IMG/VR virus record: IMGVR_UViG_3300020183_000007
Coordinates: 96,001-160,000 of that record
DNA length: 64,000 nt
Direction: 5' to 3' (one strand)
Origin: a virus
In this document: in pieces, positions 46,763 to 58,356 of the stretch
Layout of the letters: every line of letters begins with the position of its first letter
Position numbering within the stretch: the first letter of the stretch is position 1
Notes under the pieces: model-generated
What the model saw: the letters and a program-made list of their open reading frames with translations, nothing else
Told to the model about the DNA's origin: nothing
Database searches by the model: none
Translations under genes and position numbers: made by a program

Positions 46763-48400
46763 ATGTATTTAGATAATCAACATTTTACTAGTGAACAATC
46801 TTTTCTGAATTCAGATTCTTTTATTACTTATTCAATAAATTATTCTAATTCTAACATTGATCCTTTATTGGAATATTCTCGTTATGCACTAATTCTTTCA
46901 AGAAAAAATTTTATTCATCCTAGCACTTTAGATCTTTTTAAAGAAAAATATACTGCTTGCGATCCTGTTGTTCTTAACAATATAGATGAAATATTTTCTA
47001 AAGCTTTAGATCCTCACAAATATAATGATAATTATAATGACGATACAGGCTATCATTATTCTCCTCCGTATGTATTTTCTTCTGAAGCTTCTATTCTTTC
47101 CTCTATATCTATTGAAAACCTTGCGAATATTCATGCTAAATCTTTACAATCTTCTGTTCCTACCTCAACTTACCCCGTAGCAACAAGGTATGTTTCCTCT
47201 AATGGAACGCTGTTTATTGAGCGTCCGCCATTTCAGGCTACCATAGATTACAAACCTGGTAATGCTTCAACTAAAAAGGCAAAGTTGCCTTCCAAAACCG
47301 TATGGATACCTTGGACTATTTATGTATTTAATCCAAATTATCCAGGTGGATCTCAACACATGTATTTTTCCTATAAATCTTTGACTTCTATGTCAGATAG
47401 TTATTATCCTACTTATCTTCCAAATACTCATACTGATGGAAGAATATGCTATTCTAATAGTTTATCTACTCTTCCTATTCTCAGTTCTGATATTACTCCT
47501 GATTCTATGTATTCTTACATGATCAATGAGTTTTTTGCTGGTTCTTGGAATTCTGATCTTGTGAATCCCTGGTACTATATGTTTTATGAAAGACTTAGAA
47601 ATCATATAAAATATTATGAGTATTCTGATCTGGATAAAGAAGAATTTTCATATCGTATGCCTCTTTTGTTCAAATTATTTCATCCTTCTCCTGAAATAAT
47701 GCAACAAGCTGAACTTAACAAGATTCAGAAAATTTGGCAATATTATAATGAAAATATTCCTTCTAGGTTCTTTTATGATTTGCCGTCAGATTTATTTCAC
47801 TATTCTCTTTTGTCTTTATTATCTACTTTTTCTCTTAAAGAAATTCTTTCTGTTCAAGAAGAAGTACATTTGATCTACCAAGACGTAGAACTTAAAGGTA
47901 CAAATTCTATTTTTAATAATTTTCATAATTATCTTAATTTTAAACCTAAATCTTTTGAAGAGATATCTACGCTAAATACACATTTGCGTACAACAACACT
48001 TGTGTCTTCCCATGTTCGTGAGATTGTCAACTTAGCGTGTGCTGAAAATTCTCTTTTTTCTGAATTTGATTATAACAAACTTGACAGACAAATTATTGCT
48101 GTTAATGTTCCTCCTTCAAACACTCCATTCAATCATCTTTCATATCATGCAAGAAATACAGTTTATTTTAATTCAATTAATGAACTTCCATTTGCTCCAT
48201 CTTTTGTTATACCTATATATAATGTTGACAATTCGCAATCTTATTACCTAATTCCTTCTTCTGATATCTCTGTTGAACAACTTTATCTAGAAATGCTTAA
48301 AGTATATATAGATAATAGTCATTATTTTCCTTGTCAATCTACTCCTTTTTATGAAATCTTTCCTTTAAGAAGTGACATTTTATCTCTTAGTCAAGGATGA
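46763..48400 (+). CDS. E2 family D-like paralog 2
   Basis: LFIERPP...WIPWTIY...YYPTYLPNTHTDGRICY. Confidence 0.6.
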   Translation: MYLDNQHFTSEQSFLNSDSFITYSINYSNSNIDPLLEYSRYALILSRKNFIHPSTLDLFKEKYTACDPVVLNNIDEIFSKALDPHKYNDNYNDDTGYHYSPPYVFSSEASILSSISIENLANIHAKSLQSSVPTSTYPVATRYVSSNGTLFIERPPFQATIDYKPGNASTKKAKLPSKTVWIPWTIYVFNPNYPGGSQHMYFSYKSLTSMSDSYYPTYLPNTHTDGRICYSNSLSTLPILSSDITPDSMYSYMINEFFAGSWNSDLVNPWYYMFYERLRNHIKYYEYSDLDKEEFSYRMPLLFKLFHPSPEIMQQAELNKIQKIWQYYNENIPSRFFYDLPSDLFHYSLLSLLSTFSLKEILSVQEEVHLIYQDVELKGTNSIFNNFHNYLNFKPKSFEEISTLNTHLRTTTLVSSHVREIVNLACAENSLFSEFDYNKLDRQIIAVNVPPSNTPFNHLSYHARNTVYFNSINELPFAPSFVIPIYNVDNSQSYYLIPSSDISVEQLYLEMLKVYIDNSHYFPCQSTPFYEIFPLRSDILSLSQG

Positions 48401-49554
48401 GTATGCAAAATTTTAATTATCTTTCATTTACCCCTTATGGTTGCCTTATCAGACATCCTCTATATGATGATGAAATATTTGTTTCTAATTCAAACAATTA
48501 TCTTACCGTTAACGGATCTCAAACTGAAATTCCTGAACGTATAGTTAATCCTATTATTAATTATTTTAATTCTCTTTCTAGTAAATCTACTATTCAAGCT
48601 GACACCGGTATACTCCCACCCGGATTAATTCATGTGGATAATCAATATGTTATTTTTGAACGTCCACCGACTTATCAAAATATACAGTTAATTCCAGCAA
48701 CACTAGAACACATTGACGAAAAATCCTATAAAAAGTATATATTTAGACTTCCAATTCCCTGGACCGTATATTTCGTTTCATATTCCATTTACAATGGTGC
48801 CTATTACCCGTATCGTATAGCCATGTACTTCATGGCTAATTCTTTACAAGGATCAGCTTTAGATTCTCATCGGTTATATTTGCCACCTTTAGTTAATTTT
48901 TATAACAATTCTACTTTATGTAATCCTATGTTTGATAGCATGGATGAAGTAACTCGTTATGAAAATAATGTTTCTGGCGTTATCAACGCTGCTTATAATT
49001 GGATTTGGAACACTGGATCAAACCTTGATTTGACCACCAATATTGTTGAGTGTATTATTCAAGGTAATCAAAATTCTTATTTTCCATCTTCTCATCCCTT
49101 TCATATTAATAATATTGGTTTGTCAAATTACGCTATTTCTTCACATTCTTATTATATTGAATTCCCTTATATAGCTCGTGCTTTTCAAAATTGGGAAAAA
49201 ATATCTATAGATCAAATATCTTCAATTTCCTGGCCTAATCCTTGCACTTGTGAGCAGGTTCACCATCACATACATAATATAGGTACTTCAATGCTTCTTG
49301 ATTATTTTCGAGATCATGATATAGATCCTCTTTCGGTTGCTCTTTCCCCAGAAGAGTCTGAAGAAACTGGTAATCTGTATCATTATAATGAGTTCGCTTA
49401 TTATAATTATCTTCGCAAATTACAATCTCCTCCACTTTATTTTAATCAAGCAGCTGAAACATTTGCATCCAATACTCAAGTCACTTTTCAGGATGCTCTT
49501 TCTCTTGACAAAATCATTTCAAATGTTTTTTTAACTCTTTCTTCTCTTCTATGA
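48397..49554 (+). CDS. E2 family D-like paralog 3
   Basis: DTGILP...IFERPP...PIPWTVY...LYLPPLVNFYNNSTLC. Confidence 0.6.
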   Translation: MSMQNFNYLSFTPYGCLIRHPLYDDEIFVSNSNNYLTVNGSQTEIPERIVNPIINYFNSLSSKSTIQADTGILPPGLIHVDNQYVIFERPPTYQNIQLIPATLEHIDEKSYKKYIFRLPIPWTVYFVSYSIYNGAYYPYRIAMYFMANSLQGSALDSHRLYLPPLVNFYNNSTLCNPMFDSMDEVTRYENNVSGVINAAYNWIWNTGSNLDLTTNIVECIIQGNQNSYFPSSHPFHINNIGLSNYAISSHSYYIEFPYIARAFQNWEKISIDQISSISWPNPCTCEQVHHHIHNIGTSMLLDYFRDHDIDPLSVALSPEESEETGNLYHYNEFAYYNYLRKLQSPPLYFNQAAETFASNTQVTFQDALSLDKIISNVFLTLSSLL

Positions 49555-49618
49555 CTTGAATTATTCCTTATTTTTTGCTACTATATATTTGTATAAACAT
49601 AAATAAAGGTAGAAAAAA

Positions 49619-49915
49619 TTGACTAAAATAAATACTTCAGAACCAATTTTTACGAGATCTGATGTTGCTCAAATTCTTAATGTTACAACTCTTACTGTTT
49701 CCAATAGAGAAAGAAGCAAAAAGTATCCTCTTCCTCGTAGAGATTTAAATAATTATAGAATATACACTTTAAATGATGTGTTTAATCTTCAACTAATTAC
49801 ATACAACCACATCGACCCTAAGCCCATTATATCTATACTGTATGATAAGGGCTATAGTGACATAAAAGTGCTCGGTCAAATGATTGACACTGCCCTCTCG
49901 AAAAGAGTCAAATAA
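49619..49915 (+). CDS. MerR-like HTH DNA-binding protein
   Basis: FTRSDVAQILNVTTLTVSNRE...PRRDLNNYRIYT. Confidence 0.8.
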   Translation: MTKINTSEPIFTRSDVAQILNVTTLTVSNRERSKKYPLPRRDLNNYRIYTLNDVFNLQLITYNHIDPKPIISILYDKGYSDIKVLGQMIDTALSKRVK

Positions 49916-50151
49916 TGCAAGAAAATGATAATTCTAATTATTCACTCATAGATGAAAAGTCTGATTATGTCCCTACTGATATAATTATGGATCTAAAGTC
50001 TGGTATTTACAATTTATTTGTGTCTATGGTTAATCATAATATTATGAACCATGGTCCAGAAAAAGCTGTACCAATATCAGTTAATTATCTCAAAGCAATT
50101 ATACATCACTTTGAGGAAGCTATACAAACCAATGAACAGGAGCAATTATGA
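49915..50151 (+). CDS. hypothetical protein
   Basis: coupled ORF. Confidence 0.55.
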   Translation: MQENDNSNYSLIDEKSDYVPTDIIMDLKSGIYNLFVSMVNHNIMNHGPEKAVPISVNYLKAIIHHFEEAIQTNEQEQL

Positions 50152-50573
50152 TAGACCCCAATAACCTTATTAACATTACTGGAGGACTGGTCGCTGACCC
50201 AGAACTCGTTAACGGAAAAATACTTAAGATCAGAATAGGAGTTGATTATTCAGGTTCTGATAAGGATACTGAAAACAATTCAGGTTATTTTGACGTAGTT
50301 TATTATCTCAAAGATGCTTCTGGATTTGTTAGCAAAAATGCCAATTTTGTTGCTAGCCAACTTGATCAAGCAAAGCTAAAAAAGGGTTCTACAATTTCTA
50401 TTGTAGGACGTCTTGTGCAAGAACGTTGGAAGCAAGACGATCAATCTCGTTCAAGAATAGTTATAGTTGCTGAACATCTTACTTACTCTGGCAGAGCCCC
50501 CAAGACCTCTTCAGATGCAGCACCCAAAGCTTCAGCTCCTCAAAGTAGTACGTCAGTTCCCTCGAGCTTCTAA
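50148..50573 (+). CDS. ssb: single-stranded DNA-binding protein
   Basis: INITGGLVADPEL...KKGSTISIVGRLVQERWKQDDQSRSRIVIVAE; ends PSSF. Confidence 0.85.
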   Translation: MIDPNNLINITGGLVADPELVNGKILKIRIGVDYSGSDKDTENNSGYFDVVYYLKDASGFVSKNANFVASQLDQAKLKKGSTISIVGRLVQERWKQDDQSRSRIVIVAEHLTYSGRAPKTSSDAAPKASAPQSSTSVPSSF

Positions 50574-51307
50574 TGGAAGATTTCGATGAGCTAGATCTTC
50601 AAAAGCTTATCGAAAGTGCATTAGCCCAAAATCCAAATCAACATCCATTTGGGGGCTCGGAAACGTATCTCGGACTTGCTGAAACAGATATTTTATCTAC
50701 GATTTATTCTCGTTTAGAAAATAAATTGACAATATCTGAAATAACTCAATTATTTCATAATATTCGTGTAGATATTTTGTCTAGAAAAATTTCTACAAAT
50801 ATTAGAGATCTTCATACAGTTACTAAAAATTGTAGAAGATGCAATATTGATTCTGCCCCTGAGCTTCCAAAATGGAATGTTGAAAATCCAGATGTCGCTA
50901 TAGTTATAGATTCTCCATCTATTTCTTCTGAAGCAGTTACTTTAATGATTAATGCCTTCAAAGATTCTGGATTTTCTTCAAATCAATTATGTTTAACATA
51001 TGTCAACAGATGTCCTCTCAAAAGAAAGTATGATGAACAAGAAATTATTAATTGTTCTCCATATCTTCATTTAGAACTTCAACTGTTAAATCCTAAGTTG
51101 ATTTTGTGTCTTGGTGCTACGCCCGCTTCTATTCTTTTTGGTTCTCCAATAAAAATCAAAGAGTTAAGAGGAAAAATTAACTGGTTAGGTTACTGGCCAA
51201 TACTTGTAACGTATTCTCCAATGTATATACTAAAGTCTGGTGGGACTACACCGGAACATTTTTCTATTGACATAAAACAAGCTTATGATTTTATTCATAA
51301 GCGGTAA
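50573..51307 (+). CDS. uracil-DNA glycosylase family 4-like protein
   Basis: CRRC, YVNRCP, EIINCSPYLHLELQLLNPKLILCLGA. Confidence 0.8.
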   Translation: MEDFDELDLQKLIESALAQNPNQHPFGGSETYLGLAETDILSTIYSRLENKLTISEITQLFHNIRVDILSRKISTNIRDLHTVTKNCRRCNIDSAPELPKWNVENPDVAIVIDSPSISSEAVTLMINAFKDSGFSSNQLCLTYVNRCPLKRKYDEQEIINCSPYLHLELQLLNPKLILCLGATPASILFGSPIKIKELRGKINWLGYWPILVTYSPMYILKSGGTTPEHFSIDIKQAYDFIHKR

Positions 51308-51315
51308 GGCAAACA

Positions 51316-52159
51316 ATGACTGACATATGGAGTACCTCACCGATATCTGAATTGACCGATGATGATCTTAAATCTTTTCAAGAAATAGTTTTGCGTCATG
51401 TCAAAAACAAACCTTGTACTTCTGAAGAAAAAACTATACTTTTCAATAATCTTGATTTATGGCTTTTTTGTCTTCGCAATCTTCGTAAAGAATTAGAACT
51501 TCAGCTAACTCAATTCAAAGTTAATACTAAAGCTGAAATTAAAATTATGCGAAATAATTATGCTTCTCAAGATCAAATTGAAGAATATATTATTGAAGAA
51601 AGTCAATGGAGAAATAATGCTATAAAGTTTCTTACAGCTATTGAGCGTAAAACTTTATATGTAAAACTTATGATTTCTTCAGAGTAAAATAATGATAGAT
51701 CCTTTAATAAAGACACTACATACAGTTCATCTCGTTGAATCTGATATAGATGAAGAGGATTCTCATGCACATCTTCAGTATAATTATTTAAACAATTATT
51801 TGTATTATAAATATAGTGCTCCAGATGTATATACTTTTGATGAAATTGATAAAATGTCTTCTGAATTTTGTTTATTTTTTGGCAAAGTTAAAGACAAAAA
51901 TAACCAATACATTCATTCTCCTATACCTCTTTTTACCTTTCGTTATCTGATGTTGGAAGATGGATCTTATTCTTCATACTATGCTGTTAAGAAAAAAGAG
52001 GGTTATGTTGTTGAAGGTTTTTCTTGGTCAAATGGTTTAACATATCAAGTTCGTCAAGATGTTAAAACTATTAATGGTGAATATGTTACTCCTTTTGAAA
52101 TATATCAAAGAATTTTGTATGTTGATCATATAACTAAAACTCTTCACAACTACCCTTAG
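51316..52159 (+). CDS. two hypothetical ORFs (51316-51687, 51692-52159)
   Basis: ORF track. Confidence 0.65.
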
Positions 52160-52167
52160 GATTTTTC

Positions 52168-52464
52168 ATGGCTATTTATACACAACAATCTAAAGACAGT
52201 TCTTTTATAAAATCAGTTGCCTGGAATTCTAAATCCATGATTTTAATTGTAAATTTTAAAAGTGGTTCTGTTTGGGCTTATTACAGAGTCCCTAAGAAAG
52301 TTTATCAATCTTTAATATCTTCTTCATCTATGGGTAATTATTTTAATATATCTATAAGAGACATTTATTCTTGTGAAAGACTATCTTTTGCATCTGAAAA
52401 TTCAGGGTCGGTGAGCATTGGGCAAAAAGCGGAGCAAAAAGAGGAAATTGAATTACAAGAATAA
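52168..52464 (+). CDS. KTSC domain protein
   Basis: SSFIKSVAWN...VNFKSGSVWAYYRVP..VY..LI.SSSMGNYFN. Confidence 0.85.
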   Translation: MAIYTQQSKDSSFIKSVAWNSKSMILIVNFKSGSVWAYYRVPKKVYQSLISSSSMGNYFNISIRDIYSCERLSFASENSGSVSIGQKAEQKEEIELQE

Positions 52465-52625
52465 TTGTTCTATTTCTTTAAATTTCAGTACTTCTCATGA
52501 AATTCATGATATAGCAGTACTTGTTTTTGGCACAACTCATTATATAAATTATGATTCTTTGACAAAAACTCGCTAGTTTAATGGTATAATATATTTTTAC
52601 AGCTATATTAACCCAGGAGATCAAT

Positions 52626-52991
52626 ATGTCAAAGAAAATTGAAACATCCCAATTTTCTGCTCAAATACCGCCTACTCTTGATAAGTCAAAACAAAAAAAA
52701 GTTAAATCTCTTGTTAAAAAAGAAAAATTAAAACCATTAATAAAAAATGCTCCTGTTTATCATATTGTTTGGAGAGATGCTTTTTCCGAAACTGATGAGT
52801 GGCATGATTGTTCCTCAATAGAATCAGGAGATTATATTTGTCATACGATTGGATATCTTATTTCTGATAATTCAAAACCTAATTATTATACTATAGCTTC
52901 TACTGTTACTATAGATGATCATTTTTGTATGGTGATTAATATACCTAAAGCTATGATAATATCAAAGGAAAAAATATCTTTTCCTCGTTAA
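52626..52991 (+). CDS. conserved phage-type hypothetical protein
   Basis: IVWRDA...W...CHTIGYL...IPKAMI pattern. Confidence 0.7.
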   Translation: MSKKIETSQFSAQIPPTLDKSKQKKVKSLVKKEKLKPLIKNAPVYHIVWRDAFSETDEWHDCSSIESGDYICHTIGYLISDNSKPNYYTIASTVTIDDHFCMVINIPKAMIISKEKISFPR

Positions 52992-53004
52992 TTAAAGGAT
53001 CTTT

Positions 53005-53379
53005 ATGGAGGAAGAACTTATTTGCAAGTCTTGCTCTTCTACCTGGAAAAGAACAAGACTTCGTGGGAGAAAGCCGTTATTATGCCCTGCATGCTCCTCT
53101 CTTCAATCTCATCAGCTGATTGCCAATCAATCTGTTAAATCTTTTATTTCTCAGTCTTCTGTTACATCGTCTGACTTATCTGTGTCCAAAATACACGCTC
53201 AACTTCACCCTAAACCAGCAAATTATCAAGAGTTACAACAATCTACTAAGAATGGTTCTACTTGGAAATGTCCTGGTTGTGGTTATGTTCTTAAAATGTT
53301 TATTTCATTGATTGCGCCTCCAACGCATCGTTGCACTCCAGATACTGTTACTCTTAAGGTTATGCAAAGAATTGATTAA
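53005..53379 (+). CDS. zinc-finger protein
   Basis: CKSC, CPAC, CPGC, HRC. Confidence 0.7.
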   Translation: MEEELICKSCSSTWKRTRLRGRKPLLCPACSSLQSHQLIANQSVKSFISQSSVTSSDLSVSKIHAQLHPKPANYQELQQSTKNGSTWKCPGCGYVLKMFISLIAPPTHRCTPDTVTLKVMQRID

Positions 53380-53553
53380 ACAAATTAAAGGACGAACATG
53401 CCACAAAATTTTTTATCAAAGATTAAATTGTTTTTGAAAAAATTAGTGAGAGCTATCAAAGAATTTCAACAAATTCTTAAACTTTTTGAAATGATAATTT
53501 CTTTAATATTATTTTATATTACTAAAAAAAAACTTACTTTTTCTTAAATTTAT

Positions 53554-53626
53554 TCCGAGATAGCTCAGTTGGCAGAGCAGCTGACTGTTAATCAGCGGGT
53601 CGCAGGTTCGAGCCCTGCTCTCGGAG
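53554..53626 (+). tRNA. tRNA-Asn(GUU)
   Basis: TCCGAGA/TCTCGGA acceptor; loop CT-GTT-AA. Confidence 0.93.
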
Positions 53627-53649
53627 CATTTACTGTAGGAGAAATAATT

Positions 53650-54126
53650 ATGGGTATGGATGTTTATGGTAAGAAACCTAAGAAAAAACAGGGAGAATAT
53701 TTTCGTAATAATGTTTGGTATTGGCACCCTTTATGGGATTACTGCTGTTTTGTAGACGATTCTCTTATAGAAAAAGTTCCATATGCTCACAGTAATAGTG
53801 GCGATGGTTTGGGTGCAGTACAATCTCGTAAATTGGGTTTTAAGTTATTACAAACAATTAGAGATGGTTCGGCAGAACTATATGTAAAAAATTATTATGA
53901 TCATGTGCAATCTTTGGAAAAAGAGCCTTGCTTTTGCACTAAAATTCAATATATTTCTACCGATCTTCATGATCCAAATGAATCTAATCCTCCTAATAAA
54001 GACTGTAAAATTTGCCAGGGATCTGGATTAGTAGATAATTTTCTTAATCATTATCATATAACAGTAGATAACATAAAACTATTTGCAGAATTTCTTCTTG
54101 ATTGCGGAGGATTCTCAATATGTTGA
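53650..54126 (+). CDS. conserved phage-type hypothetical protein
   Basis: AGGAGA RBS; MGMDVYG...YFRNNVWYWHPLW. Confidence 0.75.
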   Translation: MGMDVYGKKPKKKQGEYFRNNVWYWHPLWDYCCFVDDSLIEKVPYAHSNSGDGLGAVQSRKLGFKLLQTIRDGSAELYVKNYYDHVQSLEKEPCFCTKIQYISTDLHDPNESNPPNKDCKICQGSGLVDNFLNHYHITVDNIKLFAEFLLDCGGFSIC

Positions 54127-55017
54127 ATCCGCCAATATGTCCGCGTTGTCTAGGTTATATTCCAAGTAATGCTTTTGCCGGTGAATATCCAGGAGCTATA
54201 TCTCGCATAGATAATAAAACTGAGATATGTTCAGACTGCGGTACAGAAGAATCAATATTAGCTTTAATTGAACGCAAACAATGGCCTATTATTATTTACG
54301 AACATCCTGCGACAATTGATGCTAAAGAACGAGTTAAAACAAGACTCATGATGGAGGTCAATGCTTGTGGCTAAAAACGCTGATAAATTTTATTTATTTG
54401 TATTTTTGACATCCATAGCTTTGTTATTGTCTATAATTGGTGTCCGTATAACTACTGCAATTAGGGAGTATTAATGGACTATTTAGCCATGAAACAAGCA
54501 ATCATAAACGCGTTGACACATAAGGTTTCTGTCTTAGAAAAGAATAATGAACACTATTTTGTTCAAATAGAAGATTCTAATTTGATTATGAATGCCCTAG
54601 CAAGTGCTCTCCAGTTAGCGCTTGATTCTTACGAAAATGGTCATCTTTTAACTGATGACGATATTGCCTATTCTCGCGAGGTACTTAAGATATATTCACG
54701 ATATCATAATGATCTTCCTACAGTAGATAAAGTTACCGATCTTCATAATCAAATAGTTAAATTAGTTAGCAGATACAATGACTGATGACATCATAGCTCG
54801 ACTGCGAGATGCTGCCTGCATTAGTTGCTACGAGTGCACTTGTGGTTATTGTGAGATTCTAGCCGAAGCTGTTGACGAAATTAAGCGACTACGAACCGAC
54901 CTTGACAAGTGGAAGTGTATTTCTGATAACTTATACGATTGGACAACAGATGTCCTCCGTTTATACATTAACGCACCATCAATCAAAGCATACCGACGAG
55001 AAGTGCATGATAACTAA
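54102..55017 (+). CDS. three small hypothetical ORFs (54102-54374 with CPRC/CSDC, 54474-54785, 54778-55017)
   Basis: ORF track, RBS-like GGAG. Confidence 0.6.
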
Positions 55018-55849
55018 CCTAATCAAATTCCATATGTTTATATTAATTTTTTTTATTAGTTTATTTTTCTATTTTTTTTTCACATCAAACGTTTTGGCTT
55101 ATAATTTTACTTTAAATAATTCTCAAAAAGTATGTGTTACTTCTGGATCAAATACACCACCTTCTCAAGGAACTCTTTATTGGGTTAATTATTCTAATCC
55201 TCCTGCAAATCCAGCTTACACATATATTTCTTTAGATTCTTGGGATTCTTTATCAATTGATCAAAAGTTTTATATCAAACCTTCTTGGACTTTTATTTTT
55301 TCTGGAAATTGTAGTTCTTTAAATGTTACTTATGTATTTTCGGATAACAGTCCTTCTACTACTATTTTTCAATCTATCCCTTCTACTACTGTCATTCCCT
55401 TTATTCCTTCTACTACTATTTTTCAATCTATTCCTCCTTTTACTACCATCCCTAATCTTACTCCTACTACAGAAATTTTGTTGCCTCCAGTTTCTAGTGT
55501 AGAACCTTCTATTCCAACTACTGATACAATTGTTGACAACGAAAAACAAAAGTCTGTCCCTGTTGCCAATACTTTACCTAATTATAATAAAGTTACTACT
55601 ACCATTTTTGAATCTACAACTACATTAGCTTATCATTCTGATACGACTCTTACTGATCAAAAAGATCAATCAAAAATTTTACCTCTTGATGATCAACCTA
55701 GTCAATATGATCCAAAATATGTTGCTCTATACGCACTTATAGCTTTTCTTGTATTTCTTTTACTTAATAATTTTATTAAATATACCCAAATTTATAAGTA
55801 TGGCCATGAAACTTGGCCTCAAAGAATATGGAGGGTTTTTTTCAAGTGA
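55007..55849 (+). CDS. secreted/membrane protein with Thr/Pro/Ser-rich linker
   Basis: signal peptide, PSTTIFQSI repeats, C-terminal TM. Confidence 0.7.
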   Translation: MITNLIKFHMFILIFFISLFFYFFFTSNVLAYNFTLNNSQKVCVTSGSNTPPSQGTLYWVNYSNPPANPAYTYISLDSWDSLSIDQKFYIKPSWTFIFSGNCSSLNVTYVFSDNSPSTTIFQSIPSTTVIPFIPSTTIFQSIPPFTTIPNLTPTTEILLPPVSSVEPSIPTTDTIVDNEKQKSVPVANTLPNYNKVTTTIFESTTTLAYHSDTTLTDQKDQSKILPLDDQPSQYDPKYVALYALIAFLVFLLLNNFIKYTQIYKYGHETWPQRIWRVFFK

Positions 55850-57006
55850 AAAAAATTTATAAGATACCTTTATTATTTATAGTAATTTTTTTGTTCGTTT
55901 CAATATCTTATGTTAAAGCTTCTAATACAAATTCAACGCCAACTTCTGTTTTTATACCTATTGCTCCAACAAGAATATTAGACACTCGTTCTTCTTACAA
56001 AGTTGGTTCTCTTGACGGTTCTTCTAGTCCATATATTCTTCAGGTTTCTGGATCAATATCTATTCCTCAATCTAATGTTCAAACTATCGTTCCGTTAAAT
56101 AGTTATGCAGTTTCCTTAAATTTAACGGCTACTCAAACTCAAGCTAATAATTTTGGTGGATACATTACAGTATATCCTTGCGGCGAAAGACCCGATGTTT
56201 CTAATATAAATTTTATTAACGATCAAACAATAGCCAACTCTGTTTCGGTCCCACTATCTGAATCTGGGAGTATTTGCATATATGTTTATGGAAGATCTCA
56301 CATACTTATAGACATTGCTGGATATTATCAAGTTATATCTTTTACTGGAGGTCAACTTGTTAGGGGTCCAGCGGGTCCATCAGGTCCACAAGGTCCAGCA
56401 GGTGCTACGGGAGCTACTGGTGCAACTGGTGCAACTGGTCCTACTGGCCCAACAGGGGCTACAGGTGCAACCGGACCGACTGGCCCGACAGGAGCAACGG
56501 GAGCAACAGGGGCGCAAGGACTTCAGGGCCCAACTGGACCACAAGGTTTACAGGGTTTACCCGGCCCTCAAGGTCCCGCTGGAAATAGTTATACAGTAAT
56601 GCCTATTTTAGCTCAAACGTACAGTAATTCTTATTATGACATATTAACTTTTAATGCTTCCTCCGATCAAATAATTCTTGGAGTTAAGTGTCAAAAAGAT
56701 CTTGGTAGTGATATCGTAAGACATTATGTCAGAACATCTACACCAACTAATTCAATTATACAAGGCTATTATTTATCCAATCGATTTACATATAACAATT
56801 CTTCTGCATCGGGCTCTGTTCTCCACGGTATAAACGCTTTTCCTGGTTCAAATAAAGAAATAGCTATTTGGAACGGTGGAGAGACATCTTACGATGGTCA
56901 CTATGAAATTCATATTATGACTCAAACTAATTTTATAGAAATACAATTATTTGTTCAAATTACTTCAAATAATTGTAAATATTCTGTTGCTTATACAGTT
57001 TCTTAA
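55813..57006 (+). CDS. collagen-like protein with actinobacterial-type N-terminal surface domain
   Basis: [11 protein letters not shown]...AVSLNLTAT...GYITVYPCG...QTIANSV...[10 protein letters not shown], then about 24 Gly-X-Y triplets. Confidence 0.85.
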   Translation: MASKNMEGFFQVKKIYKIPLLFIVIFLFVSISYVKASNTNSTPTSVFIPIAPTRILDTRSSYKVGSLDGSSSPYILQVSGSISIPQSNVQTIVPLNSYAVSLNLTATQTQANNFGGYITVYPCGERPDVSNINFINDQTIANSVSVPLSESGSICIYVYGRSHILIDIAGYYQVISFTGGQLVRGPAGPSGPQGPAGATGATGATGATGPTGPTGATGATGPTGPTGATGATGAQGLQGPTGPQGLQGLPGPQGPAGNSYTVMPILAQTYSNSYYDILTFNASSDQIILGVKCQKDLGSDIVRHYVRTSTPTNSIIQGYYLSNRFTYNNSSASGSVLHGINAFPGSNKEIAIWNGGETSYDGHYEIHIMTQTNFIEIQLFVQITSNNCKYSVAYTVS

Positions 57007-57049
57007 TGTTAATTAATTATACTAAACTTATAAATTTATAGTCCATACA

Positions 57050-58000
57050 ATGATTGAGGATGTTACCATGACCAACAGAGACACTTATGATATTGAGCAA
57101 TATCAAAAAGAGCAAGCTCTTACAGGAACCAATATACAAATTGCCACGCTAGTCCAGGCAATGATGGAAGCTGAGCCATGTCTTTTCTATAATAAAGAAG
57201 AAAACCTTATGGCAAATCGCCTTGCCGAAACCCGCGGTGTCGGAGAACAGATAGACATAACCCAGCAATATAACAATCTTTATGCATTTCGTGGAGCTCA
57301 CCCTGAGTATCCATCTACACAGAAGTGAGAAAAATTTAATGAAATCTAGAAAGACACTTTTTATTACAACGCTTCTTGCCGCCGCAGTCAGCCTTGGAGT
57401 CAGTGTCGGTTTGTATTTTTCAAACAACGCATCAGAAACCGACAGACTCAACGGCATTTTTGTCGGCGTATGGGTCCCGTCTATTCTTGCTCTCGGTAGC
57501 TTTGTTATCAACGCATCTTCGTCAGAAGGCAAGAAGTAAATGTCGCAAGTTTCGTTGTTTATTTTTGGCTCGATAATCTTCTTTATCGCCGTATACGGAG
57601 CATTTGTTTACTTGGTTCAACAAGCCAAGGAATGGGGCCAACGGGACTCCTACGAAAATTCTCAAAGTTCTTTCTATTATGCTGATTCTAAAGGAACTAT
57701 TTCTAAATCTACCCATAATGAGCCGTTGAAGCATTACTGATCAATACAAATCTAAATAAATTTTTTCTAGGAGAAATAATGTTTCGTGAACCTATTGAAG
57801 AACCAGAGTATATTGCTCCCACAAAGGATAAGTTTGACGAGCATGATTTGCTAGACGATGTTTCTCGTAAGTGGGGTCCGTATGGCGCTCATGCTGATTT
57901 AGTTAAATTTATGATTAGCGAAATTTATTTTCTTAGAGAAAAAATTAAAGACCTAGAATCTGAAAAAGAATCTTGGCAAAGATTGTATGCATCAAAATGA
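57050..58000 (+). CDS. four small ORFs (57050-57328, 57282-57539 membrane, 57540-57740 membrane, 57779-58000)
   Basis: ORF track; hydrophobic segments. Confidence 0.55.
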
Positions 58001-58356
58001 AAAATAATAATAAAAATAGGAGATATTTATGAGCTTTTTTGCCGGATTCTTTTTCGGTACAACTATAGTACTTGTTAATATTTTTCTTATTAAGTACTTT
58101 TTAAACAAAGATATTTTTACATCTGGTAAAAAATGAAAGTATACAAAGATCCTGCAGAAGAAGCCGCTGCTAAAGCAAATGAACAAATAAAACAAGAACG
58201 AATTGCTTATCACTACACAATGGCTCCCCTTCAAGATATCAATGATACTCTTAAAGATATCAAATTGTTGTTAAACGATATTCTGGTACTTTTAAAAAAA
58301 CGAGTTTAATTTATTATTACAACTATAAAACAACATAATTCATTAAGGAGAAAATA

